64,000 nucleotides of DNA from Paragordius varius (Eukaryota; Animalia; Nematomorpha): assembly GCA_964247055.1 (NCBI GenBank), contig OZ176051.1, forward strand, positions 7,998,001-8,062,000, in the 5' to 3' direction. Shown piece by piece: positions 58,531-64,000 of this stretch (positions are counted from its first letter, which is position 1; the number at the start of each line of letters is the position of its first letter). Under the pieces are notes generated by a model, which did not search any database, was not told where the DNA came from, and worked only from the letters and a program-made list of their open reading frames with translations. The translations under genes were made by a program, and so were the position numbers.

Positions 58531-61500
58531 AATAAAAAATGCAGTTTGTTATCGTTCTCTACTTTATTTTTGCAAAATAATTAATAATTTTTAATACTAC
58601 GCATAATTTTAATCTTTTTTGATTGATAAATATAAAATTTACTACTTTAAAGTCCAAAATAAGTCAATATATTAATTATTTTAGTTTTTAATATTTGGTA
58701 TTAAAATTCATCAAAATATTTTTACTTGTTAAATGTATAGTATTAAATTCGAAAAAGCGAAAATCTGCAAGATGACAAGAAAGATTTTAACCTTTAAACG
58801 AGCTACATCAAGTATCATAATAAAGGTATAATAGAATAAATAACATCAATATATGAAAATTTAAAAAATAAAACTTAAAAAATTATTTATAAATCCTTTT
58901 AAGCCAATATTAACTAGAGTAACAAAATTATATTACTTAAATACAAAAATCAAAAGGATAGATATTAGCTGGCTTAGCAGTTGCAGATTCGATATATTAG
59001 CATACCTAGTTAGCTACTGAAACCATAAGAAACCCAAAACTTTTTAAGATTGTTTACCAAATCTCATCTTGCAGGACGCCATCCTTGAACACGGGTAAAC
59101 ACATTAAGGAATCGCATTATATAGAGTAAAACAGTTTAAAACTGAATAGTGTGGGCATTACAGAGGGCTTAGAATTGTTCGTCAATTTTTTTGTACACGA
59201 TGACATTTCTGGGTATTCTATTTCAGGGCTTAAAGTCCTAAATTAATTCTGTTTAAAATTTGATTATCAAAACTCTTCTTTTGTGTTAAAATTATAATTT
59301 TCAATATTAAACTTCTATAATCCCACCAGCCCAAACACGATCCAAGCCAACTATATTAAAATCAATAAATATCAAAATATTCTGTTAAAATTTAAATTAA
59401 ACACACAAAATTATTAACATTTTTTAACAACAATATACATTTATCTGCCTGTTGTATTGGCGAAAAGGAATTTAAAAATGGCATTAAAAAGTTTGAGAGA
59501 TTTTTTTTACATTTTCCCAATTTTTTTAAAAAAATTTTATCATGAGCCGAAAAGGGTAAAAAAGCATAATTTTTTATTTGACCCAATACTAAAAAAATTA
59601 AATTTAAAATTGACCCCAAAAATCATCAAGTGGTAAATCGTGAAAATAAATGCTATGGTAAATATTAATAAACTCTGAAGAGCTTGCCAATTATAATTTA
59701 CCAGATTTTTAATATTTCTTGATTTTATATCAGCTATTTCGTGTTTTGGATCTATTCTCAATAAATAATTATTAAAAAATTGTAAATAAATTATATGCTA
59801 AGATTTTTTGAATTATGCTTTGTATTTATTTTTTTTCACATTTTTTCGCGGACCGTAAAAATTTTTGGAGAGCCGTAGAAACCACCATTTCAAAGGACAT
59901 TTTGAAATATGCAAAATCCTTATTGATAATATAATTGCGCTTAGGATTATAATTTAACAAAATAGGATTTTTTAAATTTGATTAATATTCTGTTTTTCAG
60001 CCAAAAATGTTATTTTTTCAAGCAAACGCAACATTTTTTTAAGACGCAACAATTTTTTATCCAAACGCGGAACATATTTTCAAGCACCAACATTTTATCA
60101 ATCAAAAGTAACAATTATTTTAAAATTAAAGACAATATGACTATTTATAATTAAGAATTTGGGTAATTTTAAAATAATAATTAATTTTATCGCTGTTGAT
60201 TCTTATTGCTTTATTCTCAATATTTGATGGTAAATAGATTTTTAAAATTTTAATTCGGCTTATAACTATTGCATTATTTATTTGTAAATTATATTTTTCA
60301 ATTTTATAGTTAAACATATATAAATTGTCCCGTAAAATTTAAAGTTAACCCTTCAACACCTAAAGTTGAACCTTTAAATTTTAATTTTGAAATAAAATAT
60401 TAATGAATCTATAAAATATTCAATTTATTCTCTTTATTAACCTAGACTCTCAGAAGAATACCAACTTTTTTTCATACAACCGTATATCCTTTATATATAC
60501 TATAAAAATATATTAACTTATAAATAAGGTATTAATTAAAAATACCTCTAATTTGGGTTAGTTATAATACATAGTTAAAAACATTATTAAAGAAAATTAG
60601 CTCTAAACAAATAATGTTGTTGTTAAATGGAAAATAATTTTAGGATTAAAAAATAGATAATTACATGCAAAAATTTGGGTTTTAAAAATTACGCACTTAG
60701 TATCAAAGAATCAACTTCAAGTGTTCGAATTAACTTTGAATTTTCTAGTGTGAATCGTATATATCAATTATAGGTAAAACTAAAGTTAAAAAAATAAAAA
60801 ATAATTTTCACAAATAAATGCAATTGTTATAGGGAAAATTAGAAATTTTAAAAAAATTTTTTACCATCAAACATTGATAATAAACAATGAAATTCATAAT
60901 TCAAAGATAAATTTATTTAATCATAAATAAAAAATTAAATGAATACGTAATCAAAAATTAGGATAAAATAAAAAAAATTTTGTATTTTGTTGTCTTTGCT
61001 TGAAAAAGTGTTGCGTTTAAAATGTTGCTGCTTATAATAATATGGTGTATACTTAAAAAATTGTCGTATTTGTTTGGAAAAATGTTGTTTTAATGGTATA
61101 GTAGAAAATTAAACTAACTTATATCTAGTAACGGCATTTTATCAATTCAATTATTATCATGAATTTTTTATATTGGATGTATGATTCGGTAATATTTTTT
61201 GGGGCCCACCATGTTATAAAAAAAATTCTTGCCACCTAATTTAATCATAGCGAACACTATCAATTCAGAATTTTTATTAAATAAATTTGTTTGTTTGCCT
61301 TCATATTTAAGTTAAATATGGAAGCAAAATAATATTTTTATAAACTAAGTGTTTTAATGGCATTATTATGCCATTTTCACCATTATTAAACCATGAAATG
61401 TTTATAAAAATTATAAAAAAAAGTTGCGTTTTAATATTCTTTTCAAATATTGTTTTACGCAATCATTTTGCCTTCATTGTAAATATTAAAACTAGCCTAT

Positions 61501-61552
61501 CTTAGAGGGCTGCGAAAAATTGCGATCGGAACCTATGCCTAAAATTTCACAA

Positions 61553-62123
61553 TATACCATTTGCACTTCAAGAGTGTCCTTGTTCGAATTGGTCCTTTGA
61601 TTTTTTTGCTTTGTTTTTATCAATCAAATCGTAAATAATACATATATTTTATTGTTTTTAATCTATTATCTATTATTTAACATAAATTATAGATCGATAT
61701 AAACTTTTAATCTTTGAGAAACCGTATATCTTTATTAATTTCCTAAAATAATTTAGGATATTTGTAAGATTTTAACACGAAATGAAAAATTATTCAAGTT
61801 TCCTGGGTTATTAATTACAATTTTTTGTTAAAAACATTTAAAAGTTAATAATTTTGTTTAATTGAAAAATAATAGTTTGAAACAAAGAAGTGGTTTTTGA
61901 ATAAAAATGTTTATTTTTAAATGAATAAATATATAATAAATAATGAAAATTAGGTTAATTAATAATAAAATAAAAAATAAATGCAAAAATTATGGTTAAA
62001 TCAAAATTTAAAAAACCAACTTGAAGTGTTCAAGGACCCACTTGAAGTTTTTAAGGACTAACTTGAAATGTTCAAGGACCAACTTGAAGTGTTCAAGGAC
62101 ACTCTTGAGGTGCAAATGATAAA
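61553..62123. mobile_element. TIR element with 21-bp subterminal repeats (uninterrupted relative of 7441-9021)
   Basis: ~28-bp TIR TATACCATTTGCACTTCAAGAGTGTCCT / AGGACACTCTTGAGGTGCAAATGATA; interior is the reverse complement of ~8560-8980. Confidence 0.75.
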
Positions 62124-63194
62124 TAACTATTTTGTAACTATAGTTATCGAAATACGATATTTTTTGGAATGAGGCATTTACAGTTGTCACCAAAAAACAT
62201 GAAATTTTTCAATATGAAAAAGTATTTAGTTTATAGGCTCTGTTTAATTAAAAAAGCTTATCATTAGGGGCTAGGTATAGATGATATTTGGTTGGCGTTC
62301 AAATACTGACAAATGTGAATCATAAAATAATTTTATTTGTATGTTAATAAGGTTAATAATATAAAGATTAGCAGTGTCTATTTGATAGAACGAACATATT
62401 GTGGATTCCATTCGCACGTCTGTGAAAAATATTTAAATCATATTAAAATTAAAAAGCATATTTAAAACATCATAGATTTAGATATTTGCATAAAATTGTT
62501 ACATTAAATAATTAAAGACAGTTTTTCTTAGTCCCGTATTAATATAAAATTGTTGCACCATTTTAGCTAATAAAAATAATAAGCTTGTAATAAAACAGTT
62601 TTTAAATCTTTGGTTGATCAAAAAAGTCTGAATAAATAAATGGTATTTGTTAAAAAAACTAAACAGCTAATTTAAAGTTTACAATTAGGCAATGTATTAT
62701 TTATAGATTTTATTGAAATACTAGTATTTTAAACGTATAATATATTTATTTATTTTGGGAAATACTTTTGCGTTTATTATAGCCAAACCCTAAAAATTGT
62801 GATGGTATAATTGGTGTTTTAAATATCCTTACGTATATATGTTAAACGATTAAGCGTCAACAAGATTTTACCCAAAATTTGAGACTTTATTTATGTAACT
62901 TAATATAATTAGTTCATTGAATAGAAAGTCGTTTACAGATATTCTATTGATTAGCAACCAAAATTAATTGCACCTAAACCCTAAGATAAATCTTAATGTT
63001 AAAAAAAATATTTTGGATACAGCGACCTAATTCGTACTATAAACTAAATTATTTATATTTTAAAATCTCTTCAATTATAATTTTAATTCTTAATAATTTG
63101 AAATTTAAAACAGAAAATGGCATGCATTAATGATATATAAAATTATTAAAATCATAAAACAAAATTTTGGTAAAACCGCCGCATAAGAAAAAAT

Positions 63195-63798
63195 TTACAT
63201 AATCTTTAGGTTTAGAAGCGTTAATTTTTCATCAGTTTGTTTCGTCTCATCGATATTTTTTGTGTCTTGTGTCATTGTTTCAGTTATAACTTGTTTATCA
63301 TTTTCATGTGACGCCATTGTAATAGGCCCCTCAAGTATTTCCACTTTTTCTATGTCATGATTTTCATCGCTGTTATTTGACACTACATCATTTGGCGTCA
63401 AAGCATCTAAAGCAAATAAACGTTTAACACTGGGAGCTGGTTCAGCTATTTTCAATAATTTTTGGTAGGATTCAATTTGATCGCATAGCTCTTTCCGTTT
63501 ATGTTTTAATCGACTTAGGGCTAAGAGACTATCATTTTCTTGTCTGTAAAAAGATTGTTTTGATTCATATTGGTTTTGTTTCTGAGTCAATTCATTCATG
63601 AACGCATCTAAAGCATCTACTTCTATACCCTCACCTGTTGGAGTTTGTTTAATAAGGGTAGTACTAAAATATAATTTTAATATAAATACAAATAAAAATT
63701 ATATTGTAATATACATGTAAATTTCGTATACAAGTTTAAATGATATCTTACTCTTCTAACTTTAGATTAGTGATGCGGTCAACTTCTTGGTCCAATGT
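63195..63798 (-). CDS. SLC4A1AP: Internal exons of a probable kanadaptin (SLC4A1 adaptor protein) gene; other exons not resolved
   Basis: Exon 63798-63752 splices in phase (88-nt intron, GTAAG donor) to an exon starting at 63663. It encodes DALDAFMNEL...LKHKRKELCDQIESYQKLLKIAEPA, resembling the kanadaptin LDAFM...ELRKEQQRLKGLIKIVKPA coiled coil. Identity recalled, not searched. Confidence 0.55.
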
Positions 63799-64000
63799 CT
63801 ATTATAAAAATATATATTGCACATACTCATTTAAATATAACTAAAAGCATTATAGCAGAATTAATTAGTATTATTAGTAAAAAAACTTTTCATACAAGTA
63901 TTCGATTTTACAAATAATTTTATTAATGATAATAATATAATATGGAAAACAAATATTTAATATTCGGGAAAAAATTGATGGTTAAATTACGAAACTAATT

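Noticed and set aside
58950-59250. GC-richer patch possibly from a LINE RT region
   Set aside because: No recognisable motif could be read in any frame.
63799-63826. 28-nt GT-AG micro-intron candidate in the kanadaptin-like gene
   Set aside because: The upstream exon would end in an in-frame TGA.

Overview
This is very AT-rich animal (invertebrate-type) genomic DNA with spliceosomal genes separated by transposon-rich spacers; the lineage cannot be named from sequence alone. Host genes: a beta-thymosin-like micro-ORF missed by the ORF track (~5.4-5.5 kb, -); TMEM106 (13.2-14.3 kb, -), whose reading frame needs 23- and 26-nt GT-AG introns and probably a 21-nt one; an 11-exon TRPC3/6/7-like channel (23.7-34.1 kb, +); a convergent pair of intronless secreted genes (313 aa N-glycan-rich, +; ~5850 aa Thr-rich mucin of 37-aa repeats, -) sharing a ~135-aa Cys-containing C-terminal domain I cannot assign to a family; and part of a probable kanadaptin gene at the right edge. 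Mobile DNA: an RTE-clade LINE with a twin-priming-type 5' inversion and a PHD finger inside its RT ORF, two non-autonomous Helitron copies, hAT elements with 8-bp TSDs, a TTAA-ended MITE family, and a nested TIR element with GGG termini and a 5-bp TSD. No tRNA, rRNA or CRISPR was recognised. All coordinates were read by hand and all gene models are predictions.
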